A stretch of 63,977 nt of DNA, counting the filler, from Octopus bimaculoides (Eukaryota), in the NCBI RefSeq assembly GCF_001194135.2. It is 6 parts of 5 records of this genome, joined end to end, with 100 filler letters (N's around TTAATTAATTAA, not from the genome) between each part and the next. Parts side by side here need not be neighbours in the genome. Positions count along the whole stretch, not along the records: positions 32,676 to 51,315 come from NC_068987.1; 5 more parts are not named here. The stretch is one strand, 5' to 3'. This document shows, in pieces, positions 35,938 through 48,740 of this stretch. Within the stretch, counting starts at the first letter, position 1, and each line of letters opens with the position of its first letter. A program made the translations under genes and the position numbers. The notes below the pieces were generated by a model. The model was given only the letters and a program-made list of their open reading frames with translations. It was not told the origin of the DNA and did not search any database.

Positions 35938-37198
35938 TTGGGTCATACCATAAATAATGTGATTTTTTTCAATTGCATGAACTAAAAGTCAGAGAGGGAT
36001 GGGATACACTACCTGCACCAACTTGTTATAAAAGCAGGCAGTAATTTTACCTTGTACTTATTCTTAGAGCAAGTTTTGAAGAGTGCAGTTCAATTTTAAG
36101 TTATTTTTTCAAATCTGTAATGGAAATGACAAAGGAGCATATTCGGCTTATTTTGCTTTATGAGTTCAATAAAGGCAACAATGCAATGGAAAGTATGAGG
36201 AATATTAATGCAGTATATGTGGATTGGACAATAAATGTAAGCCAGTGTCAACAGTGGTTCCAGAAATTCTGAGCCAGAAACTACAACCTAGAAGACAAGC
36301 CTCATTCTGGAAGATCTGTAGACCTCAATGAGGATACCCTGCAAACCCTGGTGGAACAAAATCCCATCATAACTGTTGAGGAACTAGCAGAGAAGCTTGG
36401 ATTCGGTCAGTCAACCAGCCATCGACACTTGCGTAACATCAGAAAAGTCAGAAAATTGGGTCAATAGGTCCCTCACAAACTTTCTGAGTCTAATCGCATG
36501 CAGAGAGTGAATGTGTGCCCTTCTTTGCTGTCACGTCTCACAAATGAACTTTTTGGGGGGGCCGAATAATGACTGGGGATGAGAAATGGGTTCTCTATAA
36601 AAATGTCAAGCTCTGAAGACAGTGGGTAGGGAAAGGAGAAACACTGGCACTCCAGGCTAAAGAAGGTCTTCTATGTAAGGTGGTGTTATCTGTTTGGTGG
36701 GATATGAAAGGTTTAATCAACTTTGAACTTTTAAACTCAAACCAAATGATAACAAAGATCTACTGCGAGCGCTAGAAGAAAAACGACCATCTTTGGTTTC
36801 AAGACGAAAGGTGTTCTTCCATCAGGATAATGCTCGGCCACATACAGCAAGGATGACATTCCAAAGGCTGGAGCAGTTTGAATGGGAAACAATACCCCAC
36901 CCACCATGTCCACTGGACAATACACCATCTGATTATCATTTATTCTGCAGTCTTCAAAATCATTTAGACGGAAAAAATATGAATTCTATAGACAAGGTAA
37001 GAACAGTGCTGGAGGAGTATTTTTTGTCATGGACAAGTGAATTTTGGAAGAGGAGCCTTGCAAATCTACCAGAGAGAGGGAAGAGCATTGTAGAAAATGA
37101 AGGAGAGTATATTTTTAGATTAAAACAGAACTTCATTTGTCTTAATTTTGATAAATAAAAGATGTATTAAAAAATGCATTATTTATGGGATGACTCAA
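35938..37198 (+). mobile_element. Full-length (1261 bp) mariner, transposase pseudogene
   Basis: TA flanks at 35936-37 and 37199-200. TIRs TTGGGTCATACCATAAATAATG / CATTATTTATGGGATGACTCAA. Broken ORF from ATG 36120: MEMTKEHIRLILLYEF..., WVPHKL-like (*VPHKL), MTGDEKW, HQDNARPH, HPPCPLDNTPSDYHLF (DD34D mariner motifs), with several stops and frameshifts. Confidence 0.95.
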
Positions 37199-37845
37199 TA
37201 TGTAGATTAAATTTGATAAAGAGAACCTTAAATACTTCCTGCTGTATATGATTACTGAGTATTTTCTTGCAGTAACCTCTTTTGATTAACCCCTAAATGC
37301 TGTTTAGAACTAGGAAATGCTATGTTTTAGAAATTTTACTTTCAAATTATTTATATTTCAATAGTTCTTAACATTCGTTGAGACATTTTTTTTAAAGATG
37401 CGTGTCTTAAATAAAACTTATTATTTGTCCTTGTAATGGACAGTTTATTCTGATTTCAAATACACTGCATTGATTGTTAAGGTTGGAACCCATAAACTAT
37501 AGTTAATCAGTTCACTTCATGACCAGTCAACCGTCTTTGCTTTCTCCTTTCCCAAACTCTTTATCTAAAGTCCTCTTCTAAACTGGTGTGCAAAACTGAT
37601 GTCCAGAATTGCTATCCTAGACTGAAATATTTGATTTACATCCAGAATATGTTTTGGGCTTAAGCATTTGAATTAAATCTTGGATGCAAATCCCAGGTTT
37701 TTTGAAGTCTAATGAATCAGGGCAATTTTTCTTTTTTCACATATTACGGGTCTTTGTTGATTTGAGTTGAAGCATATCTTATAAAGAAACAAGAAATACA
37801 ATATATATATTAAATATTAAACAAATTAATGCATCTATTTTCCAG

Positions 37846-38012
37846 GTTCTCAAGAAGACCAAGATGCAACAGAGATGTTAGTCGGTAATGCACAGAACTT
37901 AATGCAGTCAGTCAAAGAAACTGTGCGTGCTGCAGAAGCTGCATCAATCAAGATCCGTGTTGACTCTGGCTACACTATCAGATGGATCCGTAAAAGGCCA
38001 TGGTACACCTAA
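37846..38012 (+). CDS. VCL: Vinculin, terminal coding exon (C-terminal part of the tail domain)
   Basis: Acceptor CTATTTTCCAG|GT (phase 1), then [54 protein letters not shown]. This closely matches the vinculin C-terminus (..[50 protein letters not shown] in vertebrates). Confidence 0.97.
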
Positions 38013-38249
38013 GTTAAACAGTGTTTTCAAAGTTCAGTATGTTTTATGTGAGTGCAAGTTTATGGCTTAGCACACCATTACTGATTTGAAGGTAACTTGT
38101 TTAGACAAATGCAGTGAATCAAACAATACAGTTAAAGCTGCATTATATAAGAATCTGCTTGAGATTTTGGCCACTCATAGTTTGTTACATTTTTAAAAAA
38201 AATTATTTTTAAGTATTTACATTTAAAAGCAAACAAAAATCATAGGAAG

Positions 38250-38255
38250 AATAAA
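38250..38255 (+). promoter_or_regulatory. First AATAAA after the vinculin stop (possible proximal polyA signal)
   Basis: AATAAA 238 nt after the stop, with T-rich sequence downstream; chance occurrence is likely in such AT-rich DNA. Confidence 0.3.
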
Positions 38256-38476
38256 ATTTTTAAAATGAGAAAAAAAAAATTGACAATTAAAAAAGACCAA
38301 AAAAAGTTTTTACAAGGAGATGGCTATGGTGCTTATTATATTTTGTCAATAACTGCTTATTTCTGAAATTTCCTCAACTATTATATTTTATATATATATA
38401 TATATACACACATGTATGTATGTATGTAGGTACATATGTATGTATGTACATGTATGTATGCATGTACGTATATATG

Positions 38477-38524
<48 letters not shown>

Positions 38525-38864
38525 GTGGAATTTCCTTTTGTGCCAATTGTTTCATCAGACATATATACATGCACTCAATTGAAATTGTTATAAAATGCAA
38601 CATGAACTGACATTCTTTGATTTATTTATTTATTTATTGCCCCTCCTCTCTTATTTTGTATACTTTTTTCTACAACCTTTTCATTTTTTTCTTTTAAATT
38701 TCATTTCATAAACTTAAATGTTTCTATCTTTTTTTTTTTTTTCATTCATAATATATTTGTATTGTGAATTTTTTTTCTCTCTCTTTTTCTTTTGCAATCA
38801 CCTGTTTTCCTGTTAGGTCTTCCATGTCATGTTGTTGTTGTTATTATTATTATTATTATTATTG

Positions 38865-39234
38865 ACTTGGCAGAATTGTTAGTGCCAAACACAATACCTT
38901 GTGGTAATCAGTTACAGTTGAGTTCAAATCCCATCAAGGCCAACTCTTCTTTTCATTCTCCCAGGGTCAATGAGATAAAGTACCAGGCAGGTATTTCTAC
39001 CAATTTTAGAGATCATTATTAATTTTAGAGTGGTTGACTGGCAAAGTCACAAACTTAGACAAAATGCCTGGCATTTCTGCTTTTCCCTTTTTTGTTTTCA
39101 AATCTAGCCAAGATAACTTTGCTTTTCATCTGCTGTCTGAGGTTAATGAAATAAAGTATCAGTGAAGTATTAGAGTTAATTTAAATAATAAAACTCATCT
39201 CCCAAATTTCTGATTTTATGCCTATATTAGAAAT

Positions 39235-39269
<35 letters not shown>

Positions 39270-39720
39270 TGATCTCAAATTTCGGCACAAGGCTCAACTG
39301 ATACTTATTTTATTGACCCCATAAAAATGAAAGGCAAAGTTGACCTTAGTAGATTTAGACTCACAATGCAAAGACTGATGAAATGCCACTAAGCATTTTG
39401 TCTGTCTTTGTTCTGAGTTCAAATGCTATTGAAGTCAACTTTGCCTTTCATCCTTGCAGGGTCGCTAAAATAAATACCTGTTAAGCACTGGGGTTGATTT
39501 AATCAACTTCCCCTTCTCTAAATTGCTGGCCCTGTGCCAAAATTAGAAAGGGTTATCATTAACATTAGATTGGCAGAACACATAAAGGCAACAAACAAAA
39601 TACCTTGCAGTATTTAGTTGCGTCTCCTCACATTTTGAGTTCAAATCCTGCTGAAGTCAACATGATTAAATGTACTTCCTCTCCACACACACCAAATTTT
39701 CTGGTCTTGTGCTCATGTAA
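38865..39720. mobile_element. Cluster of five family A SINE copies, including one inverted copy
   Basis: + copies at ~38865-38995, 39030-39230, 39400-39545 and 39570-39720; - copy at ~39270-39400. All CpG-decayed. Confidence 0.75.
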
Positions 39721-40529
39721 CAAATCATCATTGTTATTATTATTATTATTATTATCTTATCAACATTGAATAATTGTTTTAGGAATCACTAACTTCATGT
39801 CAACAGATCTGGTTAAATAATTATTTTCATACATTTTAAATTAATTTTGAATATATTATTTTTATCTTAATTGGAACTGTTCATTACTAGAAATGATCGA
39901 AGAGAGGCTTTGTTCTGTACTAATTGCATATATACATACACACACACATATAATGCTTGTATGTATTTGCATTACAATAATTATGATATTGATAATAATT
40001 GTAGTTACACGAAGAATAATGCTCATTGTAGTACTAAAGAGATTAAATATAACTGATTATAGTCCCAGCTTGTTCCAGCTAGCAAAATGGTTCTCAATCA
40101 TTTGGAATTAGACACACACACTTGCACAAAAAGGGTGTCTTGTAATATTGGGTCACATTTTAAATGCAAGTAACTTGCAAGCACATTTATTCAATATGTT
40201 CCTTATGATACTCCTTATGTATGTATGTGTGTGTGTGTGTGTGTATAGGGTTGTTTCAATTACCCCACCATCTTGTAAAATTTGACCTTATGCTTATTCA
40301 ATGACCAAGACTGCTGTGCTTAACTAAATACTTCATCCTCTTAGTCTCAGGTTCAAATACCACTACTGAGGGGTGGGTGAATAGTATTAATTATATATTT
40401 GGGTCAATGCAGGCAACGTATACCTCTTCCTAAGAAGAGCAGTTTTCTGCCACACCAAAAACAAAAAAATGTTGTCATTATTTTGGATTGGCACAATCTT
40501 TAGAGCATGAGATCAAAAGCCTATGCTGT

Positions 40530-40692
40530 ATTTTGTTGCAACTTTTTACTTTCTGAGTTCAAATCCTGCTGAGATCAATTTTGCCTTTTCTCCTTTTGGG
40601 GTTAATAAATAAAGTACCAGTGAAGTTTTGGGTTAGCTTTAATTGACTAACCTCACATCCTAGATATCTGGCTTTGTACCATGTTGGAAAAT

Positions 40693-40724
<32 letters not shown>

Positions 40725-40985
40725 CATTATTATTATTATAAGTCAGTGAGCTGTCAGAATCATTAGTGTGCCAGACAAAATGCCTAGTGGTATTTCTTCT
40801 GACTCATTATGTTCTGAGTTCAAATTCTGCCAAGATCAACTTTGCCTTTCAACCTTTCAGGATCAATAAAATAAATACCTGTTAAGCACTGGGGTCAATG
40901 TAATTGACTTCCCTCCTTCTAAAACATCGCTGGCCTTGTGCCTATAATAGGAAGAATTATTATTATTATTATTATTATTATTGAA
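40530..40985 (+). mobile_element. Two tandem family A SINE copies with (ATT)n tails
   Basis: B-box CTGAGTTCAAAT in both; tails ATTATTATT at ~40697-40737 and ~40956-40982. Confidence 0.8.
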
Positions 40986-43299
40986 ATTTGAACTTTTTTT
41001 ATGCTAACCAACAACAAACTGTAATGATGTTGTCACTGATAACTTCTCACTGTGCCTTAAGCAATCAATATTATTGTTGTTTTTTTTTTTTATAATTTTT
41101 TTGATGAAATAAATGTCCAAAATATGGAACCCTATGAAATATTCAAACTGTTTTTTTCTTTTCTTTTGTGTTTTAATAACACATTTGTGCACATACACAT
41201 TTTCAGTTTAACTGGTTTTATTTACACTTTTGAAATTAACAAAGATCACTACAACTGTCTTTAAAGATTACATTTGGTTTTATGGTATTTTAACGCATTT
41301 TAAATATCACTGTAATATTTGGTCTTTAATTTTTACATGCATTTTTTCCCCCCGTGTTTGTATGGTTTATATATTATTGAAGTATTGCTTTACAGCAGGA
41401 TGCCCTTCCTGTCCCTAACATTGTAGTTGTACTTCTTATTTGCAAACAAATATTAGAGTGTCTTTCTAAGAAAGGTAAATTAACTTTGAAGGATTAATTC
41501 TAAATTTTTTGGAATTATCTCCCCTTTCTCTGAGGGTCATTATCAGGTAGGTCTGTGTGGTTAAGAAGTTCATTTTACAACTGTATAGTTTTGGGTTCAT
41601 TCCTGCTGCACAGCAGCTTGAGCAAGTGTTTTCTACTATAATCTGGAACTGAGCAATACCTTGTGAATGAATTTGTTACATGGAAACTGTAAATCAGTCA
41701 CTCACTTCATGCCTTCAAAGTTGTATAGATCAAGAGATCCCTTATTTGAAAGACAGGTAAGGGTTAGTGACAATAAGGGCATCTGACTGTAAAACAATGC
41801 CTCAGTAACATATTCATTTAATCCATGCAAGTATAGAAAAATAAATGTAATACAAAAGGTGTGTGTATGCATGTGTGCATAAATTGGTGATGTTGTGGAC
41901 ATTCCTTTCAGTTTAATGAATTGATGATGTTCTGGATATTCCTTGCTGACATTATGACTAGCCCTCTGCATTTCTGAATACTTCTGGAATAAAAGCCACA
42001 TACTTGTAAACAAGTAAGGGTTGGTAACAGAAAGTGCATCCAACAATAAAAAATCTGCCTTGATGAATTCTGTCTGACATGCGAGCATGGTTGAAAAGTG
42101 GACATAAAAATAATAGTGATGATGGTACTGTCTACAGAACTATGTATAGATACAGTGAGCAATATCTACAGGTAATGCTTATTGTTACAGCTTAGTGAAG
42201 GATTGAGTTTTTTGGTCATTATTACAACATGAAACCAGTGATAGAAGAAGAAATATCTACTTGTCTGATTGAGCTTGTCTTATTTTCTATCATTCATGAT
42301 GCATGTTGGAGTATATTATCAACTGAATTGTCTACTTTAGCATGATTGTGAATGAACTGTTTGGATCAAGGCCTGCAGTGTGTGTGTTTGCATCATAAAC
42401 CAGATACTCAGAAGTCATTTACTCAACAGTATCTCAGACTAATAAAGCACTCATTGCTTTGTTCATCTTTCCTTTCAACAATTAGATGAACTGCAACAGT
42501 GAGATTTGAGTATGTTGGTAATGAAAACAGGTTAGTAATGGCATATTAACCCTCAGTATTACTGCAACATATTTAGCCATTCAGGTCAAATGGTTGCATT
42601 TCTGAAGAAAATTTTAGAAAATATTTTTTCATTATTCATTCCTCATCTAAAAATACAGAGATATATTACAATATTGAGAAAGAAGATATGGGTGTTAAAG
42701 GATCCTTCAATGGTATATAGATTCAACAAAATACTAGGTGAAGCTTATAAGAGGAAGATACATATAATACAGAAGACAACTGAATGTTTCTGACACTAGC
42801 AAAGCATTCTACATGGTGCAGAAAAAAATTTTCATGTTAAGAATGAATCTGAGAGGTTTTTATGCTGTACCCATGCTAAGTATAGTACTTAAATCTCTTA
42901 CCAAAACAGCCTACCTATGGTGCCATATGGATCAATGGTTTCCTGTCAATCAGGTCACATCATTGTGTATGTGCTGATGATAATCTCAGGTTCAGTTTTG
43001 TTCCTTGCAAGCTTCCCTCTTTACACCAATAATCTACTTGTCATTACCGCCAAAATCGTTCACTCTTACACAAATGATATCACCCTTCATACATTCCTAA
43101 CTTCTACACCAACACTTCATCTACATGCAACTTAAACACCTAACACCAAATTTGCACTGACTCCGTGAACAATGACCTCAAAAACATCCTCCAATAGAGT
43201 CATATCAGTTTTGTCTCCTTCAATACCCCAAAGGTACAATCACTACACATATCTTGAAAAAGATTATCTCTTTCCAAAACATGAATAGAAGAATTTTAG

Positions 43300-44480
43300 G
43301 ACTGGTTGTCTATATGAATGCCTGTATGCCAATGATCTAACTCTTGGAGCTAAACTAGTTGAAGAATAAGAGGAAAAGCCCCAAACAAAGCTGAGTGTAG
43401 AATCAAGATGACTAAAAGTAAATCCAGTGAAACCAAAATTCTTAGCAAGAAAGAATACTCTATTACCATCTTGGCAATGATTATGCTCAATAAGCAGGAG
43501 AGTTGTAAGTAGGAATTCTATATTGTGCATATCATTTAATCTTATTAATGACCTCTATAGAAATTTGTAGAGATGACCTTAACACTATTTAAACTGGATT
43601 GCACAGACAGGTTGAAAGAAAAGAAAGACTTTGTATGTAACAGATGTGCTGGAGTAGTTAGCCATTTGACCACTTATGACATGAATGCTTTATGTAACCG
43701 GAAAACTCCCTAGAAGTAGTTGACAGCTTCATTTACTTTGGTAATCCCATCAGCAATGAAGGTAGGTATTCCAAATGCACAGAAGCCAGATTAAGAATAG
43801 GGTGGAAAAGGTTCAGGGAGTATTATTTCTGTAGTCAACAAAGGGGATTATCTCTCTAAATGAAGGATAGATTACATCATGCTTGCATACAGAATGATAT
43901 TACATAGTAATGAATATCGGCATTAAATAAAGAGGCATGTTGGTAGAATCATTAATACATCAGAAGATGTGGCATTTCTTCTGATTCTACATTCTGAGTT
44001 CAAATTCTGCTAAGGTTGACTTTGTCTTTTGTCCCTTCAGGGTTGATAAAATAAATACCAGATGAGCACTTGGGGTTAATGTAATAGATTAACTCCTTCT
44101 TTGCAAATTTACTGGCCTTGTGCCAGAATTTAAAACCAGTATTGACATTGCATGCAGATAATGTGTGTAGAAGGAAAAGAAGTCAAGTACGCATGCTTTA
44201 CTAGATGTGTAATGTTAGAGTACAGTAACACTGGAACACAAATGAGCTGAGGTAAAGATTGGGTATAAGAAGAATCAGCTTTAGTGTGCAAAGACTGTGC
44301 TAATCTAGATATATGTATATGAAAGATAACAGCTGAGTAAAAAAATAAAGTATTGAACTATACAAATGAAAGAAACATGCAGAAGAAGATGATGTTGGAA
44401 GATGTAGTAAAGGCTCTTAGAATGGTGAACCTTATGAAAAAGATGATGATGGTCTACAACAAATAAAGATTTAGTTTGTT
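43300..44480 (+). mobile_element. Highly decayed RTE-type LINE RT/C-terminal region, interrupted by a SINE (~43940-44135)
   Basis: LYANDL (YADD-derived) ..VESR*LKVNPVKPKFL.., continuing to a C-terminal region homologous to the RTE copy at 48000-48270. Confidence 0.55.
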
Positions 44481-44581
44481 GTAGAAAATCTATCCAGTCC
44501 ATAGAAGCTTTGAAAAATCTGATGTAAAATGATAATGGTGATATTTTGAATGAACAAACAAGTATTCAATACAAGCAAGTA

Positions 44582-44625
<44 letters not shown>

Positions 44626-45992
44626 ATTACTAGAGCATGATCTGTTGTCTTACACTTGGAATAAATGATATGTTTAATTACATTTGAGAAAGAACAAACT
44701 AAAAAAAGATAAAACATTATTAAAATAACAATTTAATAGATCAAAATACGTATTAGCTTTTAAGTGTTTTCCTTTTTATATACATTAAGTACAGTCACTG
44801 ACAAAATTCTGACTATTTGTATGCAATGTTTTTAGAGAACTTAACATTTTCATAATTGAGTTTTCTGAGAGATTGTCCTCATTTTGGTATAACTATAGTT
44901 GATAAATTGTCTTCCATGTGCAGTATTTGAAGATATAAATGATCTCACTTTACATCTACTGAGTTTCACCCACAAGACAGTGATCAATTTGAGGCTAAAG
45001 CAGACCACAATTTTAATGATACCTTTGACCCTTCAAACTGGCTATATCTTGCCAAACTATTTAACCTGTTTTATGTTGAAACTGGCCAGATCCAGCCTCC
45101 CACATAATTCCTACAATGTCATTCTAAAGCTAAACAGTCACAACATAAAAATCTCAAAGCAATGAGATGATTCATGATTAATTCAAAATAAAATAAACAA
45201 ACATTATGTTTGACAGAGTAATCTGAATACTAAAGGGTTAGTGAAAAACTTCTCAAAAAAACCCTGTTTCAATATAGTAGATTAAAACTGTTTTAATAAA
45301 ATTAAATAGAGGATTTTAATCTTTGTTTTTTATATTTTATATTCAATGGGTATTCACTCATACTCTTTAAATTGTTACCCATCTAACCTTCCTGACCTTC
45401 TATTTCCACTCTCTTTTCTACTCACCTAATACCTTGAGGGTCTGCTCATACACTTTATCACCACTATTGTTATCTCCCTTTCTATTTCTACACCAATTAT
45501 TCCCAGTCATTTTCATGTAATGTGAGGTTGCTGTACATTTCTTCTGCATTGACAAACCTCTCTCTATCGCTCTATCATACATTTTCTCTACATCCAGCTT
45601 AAAGCCGCCTCCTTCTCTACTGTACTCTCACTCAATTGAGGGGGATTTTATTCTTGCAAGTTACATGGCATCGTCACTAGAGTTGGTAACATGAAAAATT
45701 GCATCCAGTACAATCTGTTACATGGTTGGCATTAGAAATGGCATCCAGCCACAGAAACCATGCCAAAGCAACCATTGGAGCTCAACATATTCCTCCACCT
45801 TGTCAAATCTTGTTGAGCCATTCAATCTATGTCTCCATGGAAAACATACATTAAATGATGATGGATGATGGATGATGATTTGTATTGTATCAATAGTGCT
45901 ATTCAGTTTACTCAGTTCACACTCAAGGCTAATGGAGTGATCCCTTGAGATTTAACCATATAACTGTAACATTTAGAAGTGAAGCTTACTGG

Positions 45993-46060
45993 TTAAGAAA
46001 AATGAACTATCAATGGAGCCTCTATGCAGTTCTGCATTTGCTTAGTTGCAATCAAACATC
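45993..46060 (-). CDS. Candidate terminal coding exon of an unidentified minus-strand gene
   Basis: Acceptor TGTGATTTGCAG|G; phase-1 frame (G)CLIATKQMQNCIEAPLIVHFS*. Phase-compatible with 48612-48740; no homology recognised. Confidence 0.2.
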
Positions 46061-47039
46061 CTGCAAATCACAGATGTTTATTTTAATGACTTTGCCAAAG
46101 GAGGAAAGGTAGGACCCATGATGTAATTTTTTTCAGGACCTTTGTGGCTGGTGGGTGGAAAAGAGAGAAGCTATCTTTAAGTGGACTTAGCTAAATGTAC
46201 CAAAGCAGCAATGAATTAAGTCGTCTTGCATATGGGGCTTCCACACAGTTTCTGTCTACTAAATTGAATCCTTTCTTTACCATATTTCTGTTGAAAAATA
46301 CTGCCTTTGTTTTAGTTAAATTTGAAAATAAGGACTTAGTAAAATAGAATTGTCATTATTAAGCTAGTGTTTGGAACATAAATTAATATGAAACATTGAT
46401 GAAAGGTTTTAATTTAGATCCCTTTAATGCTGGAATTGTGTATCATAGAACCAAAGGTGGTTTCAGGTGGTTTGGTTTCCAAAGGACTAACTCATGAAGC
46501 TTTGGTCAACTCATGCCGATGGAATAAGACACTTGCTTAAGGTGCCATGCTGTGGGACTGAACCTAAATCCACATAGTTTCAAAGTGACCTTCATAATCA
46601 TGCATTCACTATGTTTGAAGGTAGAAGATGGTCATAGAACTAATTATTCATTGAAACATCATCATCATTTAAGGTTCCATGCTGGCATAAATTGGCTGGT
46701 TTGACAGGATCCAATGAGCCTAAGGACTGTGCCATGTATCAGTGTCTATTTTGGCATGGCTTCTATGACTGGATGTTCTTCCTAGTGTCAACCACTTTAC
46801 AGCATGTACTGAGGGTCTTTTAATTATCTTTTACCTATTTCAGTCAGACTGTGGCCATGCTGGGGCACAGCCTTGAATTTTTAGTCAAATGTATTGACGC
46901 CCACTACTTTTTGTTTTAAAGCCTGGTACTTATTCTATCAGTCTCTTTTTGCCAAACCACTAAGTTACGGAGATGTAAACACACCAACACCAGTTTCCAA
47001 GTGGTGATGGGGAGACAAACACAGACACACACACACATA

Positions 47040-48270
47040 GATCATCATCATCTTCATTTAATGTCCATCTTCCATGCATGCATGGGTAGGATGATTGACA
47101 GGAGCCGGCCAGTAGAAAATCTACCCAAAGCTACTGTGTCTGTTTTGGCAGGGATTTTACAGCTGGATGCCCTTCCTAACACCAACCAATCTGCAGAGTG
47201 GACTCAGTGCTTTTTACAGAGTATTAGCACAGGCAAAGTTAGTCTTGGCAAGATTTTTACAGTTGGATGCCATTCCAGACACCAACCGCATTACAGTGTG
47301 GACTGGATGCTTTTAATGTGGCACCAACACTGGTAGGGTAACCAAGTAACTCACAAGACAAGGAATTATGAGAGGGGCAGGGTATGTGTCAGAGGATGAC
47401 AGTTAAAGTGTGACAGAGAGACAGAAGCAGGTGCCTTGCCACAACAGAGGGGATATTAGAGGAGGTGCTCCAGTATCAAATGATGAAAGGTTAGAGTGTA
47501 ACAGAGAAATAGAGAGGCAGAAATAGGTGTCTTGCTATAGAGGAGGTACATGGTTACCCAGTGAGAGAGATAGAGAGAGTGAGGGAGAGTTACAGAAAGA
47601 GGTCAGAAACAAGTGTAATGATGTAAAGGTGATACTTGGTTACCTGGTCAGAGGAAAAACAAGAGAAAGTGACCAAAGGGAAAGAGAGAGAGCAGGAAAC
47701 AGCAAAAGTGTAAGAGAGAGTAGAAGAGAGATGGTGTAGTGCTCACAAGTAACAAGAATATGAGCGTAGAACCTGGTTAGAAAAATAGGGAGCGGGTGGG
47801 TGGGGGTGTCGGGAGCAGTGACACAGTGAGCACAGCAGTGAGGGCAAGAAAGGGGATTAGAAAACAATCATAATGTATGAGGAGGAATTGTGAGGAAGAG
47901 AAAGATGCAATTAGAAGAGGAGTTGTAGTTTGATTTCTTAGGGTAGAGTGGGTGAAAAGTGTGTTGTTACAGGTGGGTGGGACACAACTCTTCTAGCACC
48001 CAGTTTTGTGGACGGGTCTTCCCTAGGACCTCATATCACCAAACATCTCGGCCTACTGTCATTTCCTCCATGAGCCCCAACATCCTAAGATCAATCCTCA
48101 CCACTTCATCCCATGTCTTCCTGGGTTTCCCTCTTCCACAGGTACCATCCACTTTCAGCAACAGGCACGTCTGTATACAGCTGTCTTCACTCATATGCAT
48201 CACATGTCCAAACCAACACGGTCTCCTCTCCTGCATACCACATTTAATCCCTCTTATGCCTCAACACAGT
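47040..48270 (-). mobile_element. RTE-type LINE 3' end with ~1-kb 3' UTR and (GAT)n tail
   Basis: Minus ORF MQERRPCWFGHVMHMSEDSCIQTCLLLKVDGTCGRGKPRKTWDEVVRIDL (RTE WFGHVxRM and GRGxPRKTW motifs); ends in CATCATCAT at ~47043 on +. Confidence 0.75.
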
Positions 48271-48611
48271 TTCTGTCAGCACAGTTTCTGTCTACCAAAT
48301 TTACTCACAAGGCTTTGGTTGGCCCGAGGCTATAGTAGAAGACACTTGCTCAAGGTGTCATGCAGTGGTACTGAACTCAGAACCATGTGGTTGGGAGCAA
48401 GCTTCTTACCACACAGCCACTTATTTACTTTTTTGGTACTACTGAGTTTACCATGGAGTTTGCAAGATTACAAATCTTAAGATTAACATAGCTATTGTTA
48501 AGTTCAGAACATTTCTTTATGTTGTGTACAGAAATGGAAGAGAATATTGAAGATGCATACAAAGGTCACAGATCAACTTTAAGTATTTTAACCGTTTTGA
48601 TACCAACTCAC

Positions 48612-48740
48612 CAAAGATGGCCCATGGTTCTAGGATACAAGCTTCATGTTTGCAGAAAAGGAAAAGGGAGTCGAAGATAGCTGGGAGATTGTCAGAAGAA
48701 AATTGTCTGTTCACTGGCTCAACTCCTTTGGGTTTAAATG
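48612..48740 (-). CDS. Candidate 129-nt internal exon of an unidentified minus-strand gene
   Basis: Acceptor TTATGTTGTTAG|, donor TTTG|GTGAGT; symmetric phase 1-1; open in only one frame: (A)FKPKGVEPVNRQFSSDNLPAIFDSLFLFCKHEACILEPWAIF(G). No homology recognised. Confidence 0.3.

Noticed and set aside
47959-48480. 173-aa plus-strand ORF
   Set aside because: Antisense reading of the RTE LINE end plus SINE sequence.
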